DNA of 64,000 bases from Candidatus Omnitrophota bacterium (GCA_043822245.1 JBDRBY010000081.1:10773-74772), one strand, 5' to 3'; shown: positions 8,348 through 18,145, numbered from the stretch's first letter. Numbers and translations: made by a program. The notes: generated by a model not told the origin, from the letters alone.

Positions 8348-8884
8348 ATGGGGATTTTGGTAAAACAAAAACCGGTCAAATTGGCAGTGAGTATAATCTT
8401 TAAAGATGAAGACTGCCGTTGGCGGGCAGAAGAGTGTTTAGTCAAAAAATATGGAAAGGTCGAGCCTGTAAATACGATACTTCCGTTTGATTTTACGGAT
8501 TATTATAGTGAGGAATTCGGCGAACCATTAAAAAGACAGCTCATGTGTTTTAAAAGATTGGTGGATAATGAAAAAATCTACAAGATAAAGCTAGAAACTA
8601 ATAAAATCGAAGATAGTTTTAAGAAAAATGGAAAAAGAGTCGTAAACATAGATCCAGGGTATGTTACGAAAGCAAAACTTGTGCTGCTCTCTACGAAAGA
8701 TTACTCTCATCGCGTGTACATAGGAGGAAAAATATTCGCGGAAATAACTCTTTTTTTTCAAGGAGGCACTTTTAAGTCCCATCCATGGACATATCCGGAT
8801 TACGCTTCTCAAGAAATAGTATCCTATTTTAATAAAGTTCGAGCAATTTACAGGGATGAAATTAAAAACAATCATGTTTATTAA
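8348..8884 (+). CDS. conserved hypothetical protein (DUF4416-like; assignment from memory, unverified)
   Basis: 178-aa ORF with RBS. It carries NIDPGYV...KLVLLSTKDYSHRVY...PWTYPDY blocks. Confidence 0.4.
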   Translation: MGILVKQKPVKLAVSIIFKDEDCRWRAEECLVKKYGKVEPVNTILPFDFTDYYSEEFGEPLKRQLMCFKRLVDNEKIYKIKLETNKIEDSFKKNGKRVVNIDPGYVTKAKLVLLSTKDYSHRVYIGGKIFAEITLFFQGGTFKSHPWTYPDYASQEIVSYFNKVRAIYRDEIKNNHVY

Positions 8885-9455
8885 ACGAAAACACCTGTCT
8901 GTTATTCTTTTTTCCTCCATTGTCATTACAGTTGTTTTTGTTTGTACACTTCTGGGTTATATGCTCTACATACAGTGGAAGAAGGACAGTTATGCTTTGA
9001 ATTATAGCGACTCGATATGTAAATTGACGGCCGAGTTATTTGAAAAAGATATAGTTTTATCTAATGTGCGGGTTAAAGTTGAAGAGAAGGAATCTTTCCC
9101 CGATGTGCCTTTTATCGAAGGAAGCATTAAGAACAATTCGAATAAAGTTGTGACTTCTATCCTGATAGAAGCATCATTTTTAAAATCTGATGGGACAGTT
9201 GTTTATAAAGACTGGTTCTGTCCTTTGGGCGAAAGGTTCGCGCGCCAGAATTTTGGCGCGCCTGTTTTATTTTCGAGCATACGAGAAACAATAAATGTCC
9301 TTATGCCGGGAGAAAGTTTGCCGTTCAGGCATGTATTGAAAAACTGTCCCCGTGAGATTATCTCTCAATTTTTTTCAAGAATGGAATTTGCCAGAAATAA
9401 TTCAGAGGGTAAGATAAAGTTGGTTTATTCAATTTCAGGTATTGGTGTTTTATGA
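8856..9455 (+). CDS. membrane-anchored hypothetical protein
   Basis: N-terminal TM helix (VILFSSIVITVVFVCTLLGYMLY). It overlaps both neighbours, which suggests an operon. Confidence 0.4.
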   Translation: MKLKTIMFIKRKHLSVILFSSIVITVVFVCTLLGYMLYIQWKKDSYALNYSDSICKLTAELFEKDIVLSNVRVKVEEKESFPDVPFIEGSIKNNSNKVVTSILIEASFLKSDGTVVYKDWFCPLGERFARQNFGAPVLFSSIRETINVLMPGESLPFRHVLKNCPREIISQFFSRMEFARNNSEGKIKLVYSISGIGVL

Positions 9456-11287
9456 AGAAGATAACTGTAGTATTTTTTCTGTCCGTTTTTTTTATGATTA
9501 CTCTTATGGGGATGACGTTTTTCTATATCGATTTGAGCGGACATAAAGGGTATAGCTATGATGTAGTGGACAACAAAGACAAAGTTTTAGGAACAGTTAA
9601 GGTGGACAGATATGTCACAGAGGATAAGATAATTTTTAAAAGTAAAGGGGCGTTTCCTTGTTTTTTAAATTATTCTAAAGTAACGGAAAGGATGTTTTTA
9701 AAAAAGAAAGACGCGTCATTTCTCAAATTTGTTAGAGAAACATACGATGAAAAATGGCAAAAGCGATTAGTTATGATTACTCAAGAAAAGGGAGAAGCCG
9801 ATTCTTTATTTTTGGAGCACCCGAGGTTCGTTAATCTGGAAAATGTTAAAATAGGGTATAAAACTATAGTTTTTTCTCCAGATGACATTATGTTATATAA
9901 AGCTTTGCTGGAGAGGTATAATTTTTGGAAAAAAGGCGCGCAGTTTTTTAAAGTTTATATCCCGATAGAGGAAATGATTCCTCCTCTAATCGATAAGATA
10001 ACAGTCAGGTTTCTCCAGGATGAATATATTCCCGTAATGGGTCGCAGGGTTGAAACGGAAAGTTACATAATCAGCTCAAAGATACTGCCAAAGGCGAAAG
10101 TATTTTTGTCAAAATATAATCACGAAATTTTGGCTTTAGAAATAAAAAAATTAGGACTGAGATTTACCCTTACAAATTGTATAAAAAATCCCGTTAATCG
10201 GATAAAAGCTATGGTAAGACAATTAACCTTCTGGTCAGATTGTGTACAGAAAATATTTCAACCGAAGACTTCCGTTGTAGAGGCAAATGTTGCAAATGAG
10301 TCTGAGGAAAAGAAGAAAAACGCGAGTGGTAGTGGAATCGGGGAAATCGCTCAGGAAGTAAAGACGCCGGAAGAAGTGTTTTTTGAAAGTGACGGCCAAA
10401 TATTGGCAGGCCGTCTGCTGCGTCCTCACGGGGGAGTGGTTTGTAATGCCGTTTTAATTGTTCCAAAAGACGGACCGATGTCAAAAGCGGAACGTTTTTT
10501 TGTTGATTCTTTAGCGGAAAAATTATCGCAACAAGGTTTCGTTGTTATGGCTTATGATAGCCAGGGATGCGGCAAGAGTCAGGGATTTTTTACGGATCTG
10601 GATGATAAAAAGAGAACACAAAACATTATTTCCGCTGTCGCGTATTTAAAGACTTGTCCATATGTTAATAAGCTTTCCATTAATATTATCGGGCACGAAG
10701 GAGGGGGCGTTATCGCGTTAAAAGCGGCTACTAATTTAGATTCTGTCGTAGGGTGTGTCATGTTGGCGGTGCCTCCGGGGTTGATAAAATCCAGTTTATT
10801 TCCAAATGCGTTAAAAGAACATATTCAGGTGGTGCTCAATACCAGGGGATTTGAGTCTTTTAATGAAGAAGACATTAACAATTTAACGGAAACAGCAAGA
10901 GCCCACTTTGCGAAGGTAGTTCAAAATAATGAAAATTTTTGTTTTTTTGAAGGAATAAAGATTCCAATGAAGGAATATAGAGAATTTCTTTTACGCGATT
11001 CCGCTGAAACAATACTTTCCTTTAACAAACCACTTTTGGCGGTTTTTGGAAGAGATGACAAATATTTTAATCTCCAAGTAGTTGATGGGATTAAAGAAAA
11101 GTTTGCTAAAAATGAATGCAAGAGAAAAGTAACGGTGTTTAAGAGACTTGAAGATTACGTGGAGAATAATGCCTATTTAACAAATGTCAGGGGATATGGT
11201 TTTGGCAGAACATTTCTGAATGAAGAGGTATTCACGTGTATCGCGAAGTGGCTTAAAGAGAACAACCGGCAGTATGACGGGATATAG
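9452..11287 (+). CDS. membrane-anchored protein with a C-terminal alpha/beta-hydrolase-like fold in which the nucleophile elbow reads GHEGGG
   Basis: N-terminal TM helix. The C-terminal region resembles a dienelactone-hydrolase/peptidase-S9-like fold (VVMAYDSQGCGKS...IIGHEGGGVIALKAA). Confidence 0.45.
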   Translation: MKKITVVFFLSVFFMITLMGMTFFYIDLSGHKGYSYDVVDNKDKVLGTVKVDRYVTEDKIIFKSKGAFPCFLNYSKVTERMFLKKKDASFLKFVRETYDEKWQKRLVMITQEKGEADSLFLEHPRFVNLENVKIGYKTIVFSPDDIMLYKALLERYNFWKKGAQFFKVYIPIEEMIPPLIDKITVRFLQDEYIPVMGRRVETESYIISSKILPKAKVFLSKYNHEILALEIKKLGLRFTLTNCIKNPVNRIKAMVRQLTFWSDCVQKIFQPKTSVVEANVANESEEKKKNASGSGIGEIAQEVKTPEEVFFESDGQILAGRLLRPHGGVVCNAVLIVPKDGPMSKAERFFVDSLAEKLSQQGFVVMAYDSQGCGKSQGFFTDLDDKKRTQNIISAVAYLKTCPYVNKLSINIIGHEGGGVIALKAATNLDSVVGCVMLAVPPGLIKSSLFPNALKEHIQVVLNTRGFESFNEEDINNLTETARAHFAKVVQNNENFCFFEGIKIPMKEYREFLLRDSAETILSFNKPLLAVFGRDDKYFNLQVVDGIKEKFAKNECKRKVTVFKRLEDYVENNAYLTNVRGYGFGRTFLNEEVFTCIAKWLKENNRQYDGI

Positions 11288-11373
11288 ACATTTTCAAAAG
11301 CCTGGGTTTAAACCGAGGCTGTGTTCGAGAGAGAAAGTGCCATAAATTGTTACGCTGGTGATGCTTAATGTAT

Positions 11374-11402
11374 TTGACGTATTTGGCGTGATGTGTTATA
11401 CT
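11374..11402 (+). promoter_or_regulatory. sigma70-like promoter TTGACG-17-TATACT upstream of the PilZ gene at 11419
   Basis: TTGACG at 11374-11379 and TATACT at 11397-11402. Confidence 0.45.
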
Positions 11403-11418
11403 TTTGCGCGGTAGAAAA

Positions 11419-11787
11419 ATGAAGCTGAAATTACCTGAAAGAAGGCGTTTTGTCAGGATAGACGTTCCTTTAAGGATAGTCGTTAAGGGTAATGGCTATA
11501 GTGAGGAAGTGCTTACTAAAAACATTTCTCCTCTGGGTTTTAATTTTGAGGCAAACCGAAAGTTTGAAGAGTCTGAAAGTCTGTCCATATTGTTGTACAT
11601 CCCGTCATTAGATGATCCTGTCTCTATTCTCGCGAAAGTTGTGTGGCAGAACAAAGTAAACCTGGAAGATAACGCGCCATATGATATGGGAGTGGAAATC
11701 GTTGAAATAGATGATACGAAAAAAGATGTTTTTTTGAAATATTTGTGCGATTTGTTATACGAATCAGTCTATGAAGAACGGGCATAA
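11419..11787 (+). CDS. PilZ domain protein
   Basis: ERRRFVRI (RxxxR) and NISPLGFNFE (xxSxxG). ATG 11419 lies downstream of the predicted promoter at 11374-11402. Confidence 0.65.
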   Translation: MKLKLPERRRFVRIDVPLRIVVKGNGYSEEVLTKNISPLGFNFEANRKFEESESLSILLYIPSLDDPVSILAKVVWQNKVNLEDNAPYDMGVEIVEIDDTKKDVFLKYLCDLLYESVYEERA

Positions 11788-11826
11788 CCGTATTATTAGG
11801 TGAAAAACAACAGGAAAGGGTAGAGA

Positions 11827-12618
11827 ATGGCACAGAAAGCGTTAAATGACATTGTAATCTCGAAAGCTATAATCGAAACATTTTCAAAGAAACTGATTAA
11901 ATGCCTTAAAATAGATGTTGCTATCGTTGGTGCCGGGCCCGCGGGGCTCACTGCCGGCTACTATTTAGCCAAATCTGGAATAAAAGTTTCCCTATTTGAA
12001 CGAAAACTCAGTATCGGGGGCGGGATGTGGGGAGGCGGCATTATGTTTAATCAAATTGTCGTTCAAAGTGCGGCGAGAGACATCTTGGAAGAATTTGGAA
12101 TTCCTTCAGAATTGTACCAAAAAGACTATTATACGGCGGACTCAGTGCAGGCTGTTTCCACGCTTTGTTCAAAGGCGTCATTAGCGGGAGTTAAGATTTT
12201 TAATCTTATGGAGGTTGAGGACCTTTTGATCAAAAATAACAAAGTGAAAGGCCTGGTTATAAACTGGTCGGCAGTTGGTTTAGCCAAACTGCATGTGGAT
12301 CCTATCAGCATTGAAACTAAATTTGTGATAGATGCCACAGGCCATCCGTGTGAAATTTCACGTTTACTTGAAACTAAGTCCAAAAAGAAATTATCCACAG
12401 AGACAGGCGGTGTTGTGGGTGAAGAGTCAATGTGGGCTGATGTGGGAGAAAGAGCGATGCATATGAACACAAGGGAAATTTTTCCCAACGTGTATGTCGC
12501 GGGTATGGCCGCGAACGCGGTTTTTGGCAGTCCTCGAATGGGCCCCATTTTTGGAGGGATGCTCATATCCGGAAAAAGAGTGGCGGAGTTGGTAAAACAG
12601 AAGATCGTTGGCCGTTAG
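11827..12618 (+). CDS. thi4: thiazole synthase Thi4 family (sulfide-dependent ADP-thiazole synthase)
   Basis: [21 protein letters not shown]-binding motif and overall Thi4 similarity (GGGMWGGG). Confidence 0.8.
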   Translation: MAQKALNDIVISKAIIETFSKKLIKCLKIDVAIVGAGPAGLTAGYYLAKSGIKVSLFERKLSIGGGMWGGGIMFNQIVVQSAARDILEEFGIPSELYQKDYYTADSVQAVSTLCSKASLAGVKIFNLMEVEDLLIKNNKVKGLVINWSAVGLAKLHVDPISIETKFVIDATGHPCEISRLLETKSKKKLSTETGGVVGEESMWADVGERAMHMNTREIFPNVYVAGMAANAVFGSPRMGPIFGGMLISGKRVAELVKQKIVGR

Positions 12619-12620
12619 TC

Positions 12621-12678
12621 CGTTAACGGTCAGCAAGCTAACGATCAACGGCCTAACGATCAACGGTCAACGATCTAG
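12621..12678 (+). repeat. CAACGG/ACGATCAACGG short tandem repeat tract upstream of panD
   Basis: gctaacgatcaacggcctaacgatcaacggtcaacgatc. A related tract lies at 49151-49210. Confidence 0.6.
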
Positions 12679-12696
12679 AATTTGAAAAGGAGAAAT

Positions 12697-13050
12697 ATGT
12701 TAAGGACATTGTGTAAATCAAAAATAACTAAAGCGTATGTTACAAATAAGCAGTTACAGTACGATGGCAGCATAGGAATCGATAAAGCGATAATGGACAC
12801 GGTTGATATCATGCCGGGCGAACAAGTCCAGGTGCTTAACGTTGACAATGGAGAGAGGATTACCACATACGCGATAGAAGAAAAACAGGATTCAGGAAAG
12901 ATTGTGCTGTATGGCCCCGCGGCTAGAAAAGGCGAAGCCGGAGACCAGTTGGTAATACTGGCCTATTGCTTATTGGAAACAAAAGAAAGCCATAATTTTA
13001 AGATCCGTACAGTTAGTTTGGGAAAAAATAACCAATGCAAGAATAAATAA
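12697..13050 (+). CDS. panD: aspartate 1-decarboxylase
   Basis: MLRTLCKSKITKAYVT...YDGSIGID matches PanD, including the Gly-Ser self-cleavage site. RBS aaaggag. Confidence 0.85.
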   Translation: MLRTLCKSKITKAYVTNKQLQYDGSIGIDKAIMDTVDIMPGEQVQVLNVDNGERITTYAIEEKQDSGKIVLYGPAARKGEAGDQLVILAYCLLETKESHNFKIRTVSLGKNNQCKNK

Positions 13051-13598
13051 TGAAACGTTTAGAGGTAAAACTATATCCGGACCCTTGTTTGAGAATAAAG
13101 ACTAAAACTGTTGAAAGTTTTACGGAAGAAATAGAAGAAACTTTGCGCGTAATGGCGGATATTATGTACGAAAGGCAGGGAATTGGCCTCGCGGCTACTC
13201 AGGTTGGGCTTGGATTGAGCATGATGGTTATTGATACGGGAAGTGGCTTAAGGGCGTGCGTGAATCCTGAAATTCTTGAAAAATCAAAAGAATGTTCTCA
13301 GACGGAAGAGGGCTGTCTTAGTTTTCCAGGGCTAACTGTCAATATAGCAAGGCCGGAAAAAATAAAAATACGAGCTAAGAATGAAAAAGGTGAATTGTTT
13401 ATTCAAAAGATGGAGGGGTTGGATGCCAGGGCTTTTCAGCATGAATTGGATCATCTTCAGGCGAAATTAATCATAGATTACCTGGACCCCGTAAGACGTT
13501 GTATAGCTGTGCTTAGGCGAGGACGGATAAAAAAAATATGTGAGGTTGTGTGTAATGTTGGAAAAAACCATACAAGACGAAGTAATAAAAGCTCTTAA
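13050..13598 (+). CDS. def: peptide deformylase
   Basis: Motifs GIGLAATQVG, EGCLSFPG and HELDHL. Confidence 0.9.
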   Translation: MKRLEVKLYPDPCLRIKTKTVESFTEEIEETLRVMADIMYERQGIGLAATQVGLGLSMMVIDTGSGLRACVNPEILEKSKECSQTEEGCLSFPGLTVNIARPEKIKIRAKNEKGELFIQKMEGLDARAFQHELDHLQAKLIIDYLDPVRRCIAVLRRGRIKKICEVVCNVGKNHTRRSNKSS

Positions 13599-14010
13599 AG
13601 GCGGAGATAAAACCAGGCTGTCGATTCTCAGGATGCTTGTTGCCGAAATCAAAAATAAAAAAATCGCTGATAAGACAAAAGATTTGGACGATGAAAAGGT
13701 TTTGAGCCTTGTACAAAAAATGATTCGTCAACATAAAGAATCCATTGAAAAGTTCGCGCAAGGCAAGCGTGATGACTTAGTACGCAAAGAAGAAGAAGAG
13801 TTAAAGATACTTGAAGAATATCTGCCGGAACAAATTTCTGAAGAAGAGCTGATAAAGATAGTTAATGAAGCTGTAAAACAGGCGGGTGCTGTTTCCCCAA
13901 AGGATATGGGCAGGGTAATGGCCATAGTTATGGCGCGCGTGGGAGGCCGTGCCGACGGCAGGCTTATCAGCCAGAAGGTTAAGGAGAGTTTGTCGTCCCG
14001 CGCGGAGTAA
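13555..14010 (+). CDS. GatB/YqeY domain protein
   Basis: Similar to the YqeY family (MLEKTIQDEVIKALKGGDKTRLSILRML...). The exact start is uncertain and the ORF overlaps the 3' end of def. Confidence 0.65.
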   Translation: MLEKTIQDEVIKALKGGDKTRLSILRMLVAEIKNKKIADKTKDLDDEKVLSLVQKMIRQHKESIEKFAQGKRDDLVRKEEEELKILEEYLPEQISEEELIKIVNEAVKQAGAVSPKDMGRVMAIVMARVGGRADGRLISQKVKESLSSRAE

Positions 14011-14021
14011 ACAATCATTAG

Positions 14022-15239
14022 GTGGATATATATTTTTTCATATTATTACTAGCCGCGTCCGCGTTTTTTTCTAGTTCGGAGACTGCCTTTTTGTCTCTGG
14101 ATAAGATCAGGCTCAGGCAGTTTGAAGCGATTAATCATCCGTCCGGTAAGAGGGTAGTAAAACTCTTGTTGGACCCCCATAAGCTTCTAATCACAATCCT
14201 CATAGGCAATACATTGGTAAACATCGCCGCTAGCGCTGTTTTAGCGGATTTTTTCTACAGTATCATGGGGGAGAAGGGTATTGCTGTTTCCATCGCGGCA
14301 ATGACTGTGATGATTCTTATTTTTGGCGAGGTTACGCCTAAAATGTTCGCGTTGTCAAATAAAGAGACGGTTTCTATTTTCGCGGCATTGCCTTTGAAGG
14401 TCTTAGGGTGGTTGTTTACACCTTTCCGCCTAGTTTTGGACTATATAGCGCGTTCTATCATAAATGGGTTCGGGCTTAGGTTAACGTCCGAGAGTGAAAA
14501 AATGACGAAACAGGAAATACGGTCTTTGTTTTCGGTTAGCAAAAAAAAGGGAGTAGTTAAAGCTAAAGAAAAAGATATGATAGAAGGCATCTTAGAATTT
14601 AAGGACTCAAACGCGGCGGATATTATGACCCCACGAATAGGTATATCGGCGCTGGATCTTACAATGGAGAGGTGCGAACTAATCAAAGAAGTAAAAGAAA
14701 ACCAATTTTCCAGATATCCCGTGTATGTGCATACTCTTGATAATATTGTCGGGATAGTACATTCCAAAGATTTATTGCTAGACAAAAATCTTTCTGTCAG
14801 AGACATTGTGAAAAAACCTTTTTTTGCTCCGGAAAGCATGAAAATTGACGGCCTTCTTCAAGAACTCCAAAAAAAACGCCTGCATATGGCAATAATCACG
14901 GATGAATATGGTGTTACTTCAGGGATAGTAACTGTTGAGGATATCTTGGAGGAAGTAGTGGGAGAGATAAAAGACGAGTTTGATTTTGAACTGCCAAAAG
15001 TACGCAAGATTGACCGAAAAAGATATGAGGTTAGCGGACAGGCTCATATTGATGAAGTAAACGAAAAAATTGGGTTATCCATTGAAACGGAAGAAGTCGA
15101 TACTATCGGGGGATATGTTACTTTAAAAATAGGAAAAATTCCTCGCTCGGGAGACATGATTAAAGTAGGAAAGTTCAGTATAATCGTTAATGATGTTTCC
15201 AAAAATAGAATAACAAGCGTGACGGTGAGCAGGGAATAG
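14022..15239 (+). CDS. CNNM/CorC-family transporter (DUF21 TM domain + CBS pair + CorC_HlyC)
   Basis: N-terminal DUF21 helices (LSLDKIRLRQ), CBS domains, and a C-terminal TVEDILEEVVGEIKDEFD transporter-associated domain. GTG start. Confidence 0.8.
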   Translation: MDIYFFILLLAASAFFSSSETAFLSLDKIRLRQFEAINHPSGKRVVKLLLDPHKLLITILIGNTLVNIAASAVLADFFYSIMGEKGIAVSIAAMTVMILIFGEVTPKMFALSNKETVSIFAALPLKVLGWLFTPFRLVLDYIARSIINGFGLRLTSESEKMTKQEIRSLFSVSKKKGVVKAKEKDMIEGILEFKDSNAADIMTPRIGISALDLTMERCELIKEVKENQFSRYPVYVHTLDNIVGIVHSKDLLLDKNLSVRDIVKKPFFAPESMKIDGLLQELQKKRLHMAIITDEYGVTSGIVTVEDILEEVVGEIKDEFDFELPKVRKIDRKRYEVSGQAHIDEVNEKIGLSIETEEVDTIGGYVTLKIGKIPRSGDMIKVGKFSIIVNDVSKNRITSVTVSRE

Positions 15240-15271
15240 GTAGTGAATAGTGGGGTAGAGGGAGATTAGCT

Positions 15272-16261
15272 ATGGTAACAATTTATGCGATTTTGATTTT
15301 CGCGGCAATACTGATGCAGGCTTTTTTTACGGCTTCAGAAATGGCCTTTACAACGGTAAACAGGAATAAACTCAAAAGCCTTGTGGAATCGGGTGACCGG
15401 CGGGCGAATAAACTTTACAATTTTTTAAGGAAAGAAGGAGTTTATTTAGGGGTAACTCTTGTAGGTACCAATATGGCCGTGGTTATTTCTTCTATCTCGG
15501 CTACTCGCGTGTTTGGTGAATACTTTGGCCATAAAACCTCTCCGTTAATAACGATTCTTGTAATGGTGCCTTTAACTCTTATCTTGGCGGAAATCATTCC
15601 AAAAATGATAGCGCGGCAATTTTCTATGGGTTTGGCGCTCAACACAGTGGTGCCGGCAAGCAGTTTTTATCGGTTATTTTATCCTCTTATTTTCGTGGTT
15701 AGTTCCATAGCGCGATTTTTTCTTAAGCCTTTCGCGAAAAATAAATCTACGCGAGAGATAATGTTAACAAAAACTGACTTAAAGAAAGTATTGCTTCTAG
15801 GGTATAAAACCGGTGAAGTCGAAGAAGATGAGGTTGAACGTATTCATAAAATTTTGGATTTAGGAGCAAAAATAGTTGAAAAAATTATGGTACCTCTTTA
15901 TCGAGTGTCTTCGGTTAGCAGGATAGACACAATTAGTGATCTTAAAAAATTGGTTTCTCTTACCGGGTTTTCAAGAATCCCGGTATATAAAAACCACAAA
16001 AATAATATTTTGGGTATTGTCAATATATACGATATACTATTTTCTAGGGGAGCAGAGAATCAAGATTGGAAAGCGGGAGATTTTATGCGCGATGCGGTTT
16101 ATGTGAACAAAAAAGACAGGCTTGATATAGCACTCGCGCGCCTGCGCCACAAAAAACAGCCGATGGGGATAGTTGTGGAAGAAAAAAATATGGTTGTCGG
16201 CATAGTAACTATAGAAGATATTTTGGAAGAGATCGTCGGTGAAATTGGAGACGGAGACTAG
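15272..16261 (+). CDS. DUF21-CBS hemolysin-like protein (CNNM family paralog lacking the CorC C-terminus)
   Basis: Paralog of the preceding gene (TIEDILEEIVGEI). It has DUF21 TM helices and CBS domains. Confidence 0.75.
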   Translation: MVTIYAILIFAAILMQAFFTASEMAFTTVNRNKLKSLVESGDRRANKLYNFLRKEGVYLGVTLVGTNMAVVISSISATRVFGEYFGHKTSPLITILVMVPLTLILAEIIPKMIARQFSMGLALNTVVPASSFYRLFYPLIFVVSSIARFFLKPFAKNKSTREIMLTKTDLKKVLLLGYKTGEVEEDEVERIHKILDLGAKIVEKIMVPLYRVSSVSRIDTISDLKKLVSLTGFSRIPVYKNHKNNILGIVNIYDILFSRGAENQDWKAGDFMRDAVYVNKKDRLDIALARLRHKKQPMGIVVEEKNMVVGIVTIEDILEEIVGEIGDGD

Positions 16262-16272
16262 GAAGGAGAAGA

Positions 16273-16947
16273 ATGGCTTTTATATTTGTTATCCCGGTTA
16301 TTGTGATCATTGTAATTTCCGCTCTTATTGTGAAAATCGCGTCAGTCGCGTTAAATCTCACGGGGCTTGACGAGAAAAGAGCTTTTTTCCAGGCTCTATC
16401 AGCTTTTACCGGTACCGGTTTTACCACAAAAGAGTCGGAAGTCGTTCTCGAGGATAATGTCCGCAGAAAAATAATTATGTTTCTCATGATCCTGGGAAAC
16501 GCTGGATTGGTTTCAGTAATTACTACTCTTATGCTGTCTTTTACCAGAGGCGGATTAACCCCGATTTTGCTTAATGTTACTTTTATCCTCTTAGCCATTT
16601 TATTGATTATAAAAGTTTCCTTCAATAAAACCATTACGAGGAACTTAACGAAAAAAATACAAGAGCGTCTAATAAAAAGCGCTTCATTTACTAAACGCCC
16701 GGTTGAAGAGATATTGAGGCTCGCGGAGGGGTATGGGATAGCCGAAGTAACGTTAAACGAAGACTGCAGTGATATAGGCAAAGCTCTTTCCAATTCATCT
16801 TTTAGAGAAAAAGATATACTGATTTTAGCGATAGAACGTTCAAGCGGAGTTATCCCCGCCCCGCACGCTTCTGACCGGCTTCTAGTAAACGATACGGTTA
16901 TTTGCTACGGGAAATTGAAAAACATAGAAAAGATACATATGCGATAA
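16273..16947 (+). CDS. membrane protein with a C-terminal TrkA-C (RCK_C) domain
   Basis: Four predicted TM helices, followed by the RCK_C-like region EVTLNEDCSDIGKALSNSSFREKDILILAIERSSGVIPAPHASDRLLVNDTVICYG. Confidence 0.5.
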   Translation: MAFIFVIPVIVIIVISALIVKIASVALNLTGLDEKRAFFQALSAFTGTGFTTKESEVVLEDNVRRKIIMFLMILGNAGLVSVITTLMLSFTRGGLTPILLNVTFILLAILLIIKVSFNKTITRNLTKKIQERLIKSASFTKRPVEEILRLAEGYGIAEVTLNEDCSDIGKALSNSSFREKDILILAIERSSGVIPAPHASDRLLVNDTVICYGKLKNIEKIHMR

Positions 16948-16969
16948 AAAAGTTGAGGAGGGTGAAGAA

Positions 16970-17107
16970 ATGAGAAACCTTATGGGCATATTTTCTATTT
17001 TGATTATTGTCGTGTTTTTGGCAGGATGCGGCGAAACCATAAACGGTGTAGTTAAAGACGCCAAACGCGTCAGCGCCGGAGTCCAAAAAATTTTCATAAG
17101 AGACTAA
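16970..17107 (+). CDS. entericidin-like small lipoprotein (45 aa)
   Basis: RBS gaggagggtg upstream. The signal peptide with lipobox FLAGC, then GETINGVVKDAKRV, resembles EcnA/B. Confidence 0.35.
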   Translation: MRNLMGIFSILIIVVFLAGCGETINGVVKDAKRVSAGVQKIFIRD

Positions 17108-17137
17108 CCTCCTGCCGCCAACATTCTTCGGTGTCCA

Positions 17138-17180
17138 ATACCCCCTTTTCCAAAGTGGGGGAAAATTGTGGGCATTTAAT
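17138..17180 (+). repeat. Repeat B copy (inverted relative to 37040-37078)
   Basis: cccccttttccaaagtgggggaaaattgtgggcatttaat is the reverse complement of 37040-37078 (38/40 identity). Confidence 0.75.
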
Positions 17181-17272
17181 TTTTAGATTTGGCATAAGAT
17201 ATCATCGTGGCAAATGGGTGACGTCCCTATTTATTCCTATTTATTCCAGGGTTTGTCAAATGAGGCAGATAT

Positions 17273-18121
17273 ATGCATAAAATAATCAGAAAAGAACAGC
17301 TTAACGCGGATATTTGTTTGGTAGAGATTGAAGCGCGGGATCTCGCGCTCGCGGCAAGAGCGGGCCAGTTTGTTATTTTGCGAATTGACGAAAAAGGTGA
17401 AAGATTTCCTCTTAAGCTATATTACTGGGATGCTGACAAGGGCACAATCACGGTGGTTGTTCAGGCGGTCGGAGTAAGCACAAAAAAACTTTGCGCGCTA
17501 AATGCGGGAGACTTTATTTGTGATATAGCCGGCCCGCTGGGGCATTCCGCACGGACGGAAAAAATAGGTAAAGTAATTTGCGTTGGCGGCGGTGTCGGTA
17601 CTGCTGAAATATATCCAATCGCGAAGGCCATGAAAAACCAAGGCAATGATGTTACCGTGATAATCGGCGCCAGAACAAAAGATTTAATTATTTGTGAAGA
17701 AGCGATCCGTGAGTTTTGTGATAAGGTTTATATCACCACTGATGACGGTTCGCGTGGAAAAAAAGGATTTGTTACGGATATTTTAAAAAGTCTTTTGGAG
17801 AAAGATTCTTACGATCAGATCTTTGCCGTGGGGCCGCTGATTATGATGAAAATGGTTTCTGAGATGACGCGTTCAAAGCCTGTTAAGACGCTGGTATCTT
17901 TGAATTCAATAATGGTAGATGGTACGGGTATGTGCGGAGGATGCAGGATATTATACGATAAAAAAGCAAAGTTTACTTGTGTTGACGGGCCGGAATTTGA
18001 CGGCCATCTTGTTGATTTTGAAGACCTGATGAGGCGGCAGGGGAGATATCAGGGTAAAGAGAAAATCGCGTTGGATGCCCATGAAGGAAAATGCCGGATT
18101 GGTTTGGATAAAAAAGGGTAG
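17273..18121 (+). CDS. NfnA/SudB/PyrK-like FAD- and [2Fe-2S]-containing oxidoreductase subunit
   Basis: It has a ferredoxin-reductase-type FAD/NAD-binding fold and a C-terminal CGGC cluster (GTGMCGGCR). It is paired with the GltD-like downstream gene. Confidence 0.75.
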   Translation: MHKIIRKEQLNADICLVEIEARDLALAARAGQFVILRIDEKGERFPLKLYYWDADKGTITVVVQAVGVSTKKLCALNAGDFICDIAGPLGHSARTEKIGKVICVGGGVGTAEIYPIAKAMKNQGNDVTVIIGARTKDLIICEEAIREFCDKVYITTDDGSRGKKGFVTDILKSLLEKDSYDQIFAVGPLIMMKMVSEMTRSKPVKTLVSLNSIMVDGTGMCGGCRILYDKKAKFTCVDGPEFDGHLVDFEDLMRRQGRYQGKEKIALDAHEGKCRIGLDKKG

Positions 18122-18145
18122 AAGGTGAGATCCTCCGGTCAAGCC

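Noticed and set aside
11788-11826. TPP riboswitch upstream of thi4
   Set aside because: The gap between the PilZ gene and thi4 is only ~40 nt. It lacks the CTGAGA / ACCTGATCTGGATAATGCCAGCG-type THI-box motifs.
12621-12678. Possible CRISPR array suggested by short direct repeats (also at 18146-18216 and 49151-49210)
   Set aside because: Units are 12-19 bp with no unique spacers of CRISPR size. There are only 2-4 copies, and no cas genes are nearby. They are simple tandem repeats.
16209-16793. Minus-strand ORFs, e.g. 16209-16793 (194 aa), 21827-22339 (170 aa), 51309-51905 (198 aa), 25011-25481, 30038-30538
   Set aside because: All lie antisense within well-supported + strand genes (CNNM/TrkA-C, carB, murG/murC, icd, purL). 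Their products are low-complexity Ser/Pro/Ile-rich proteins without motifs. They are typical shadow ORFs.
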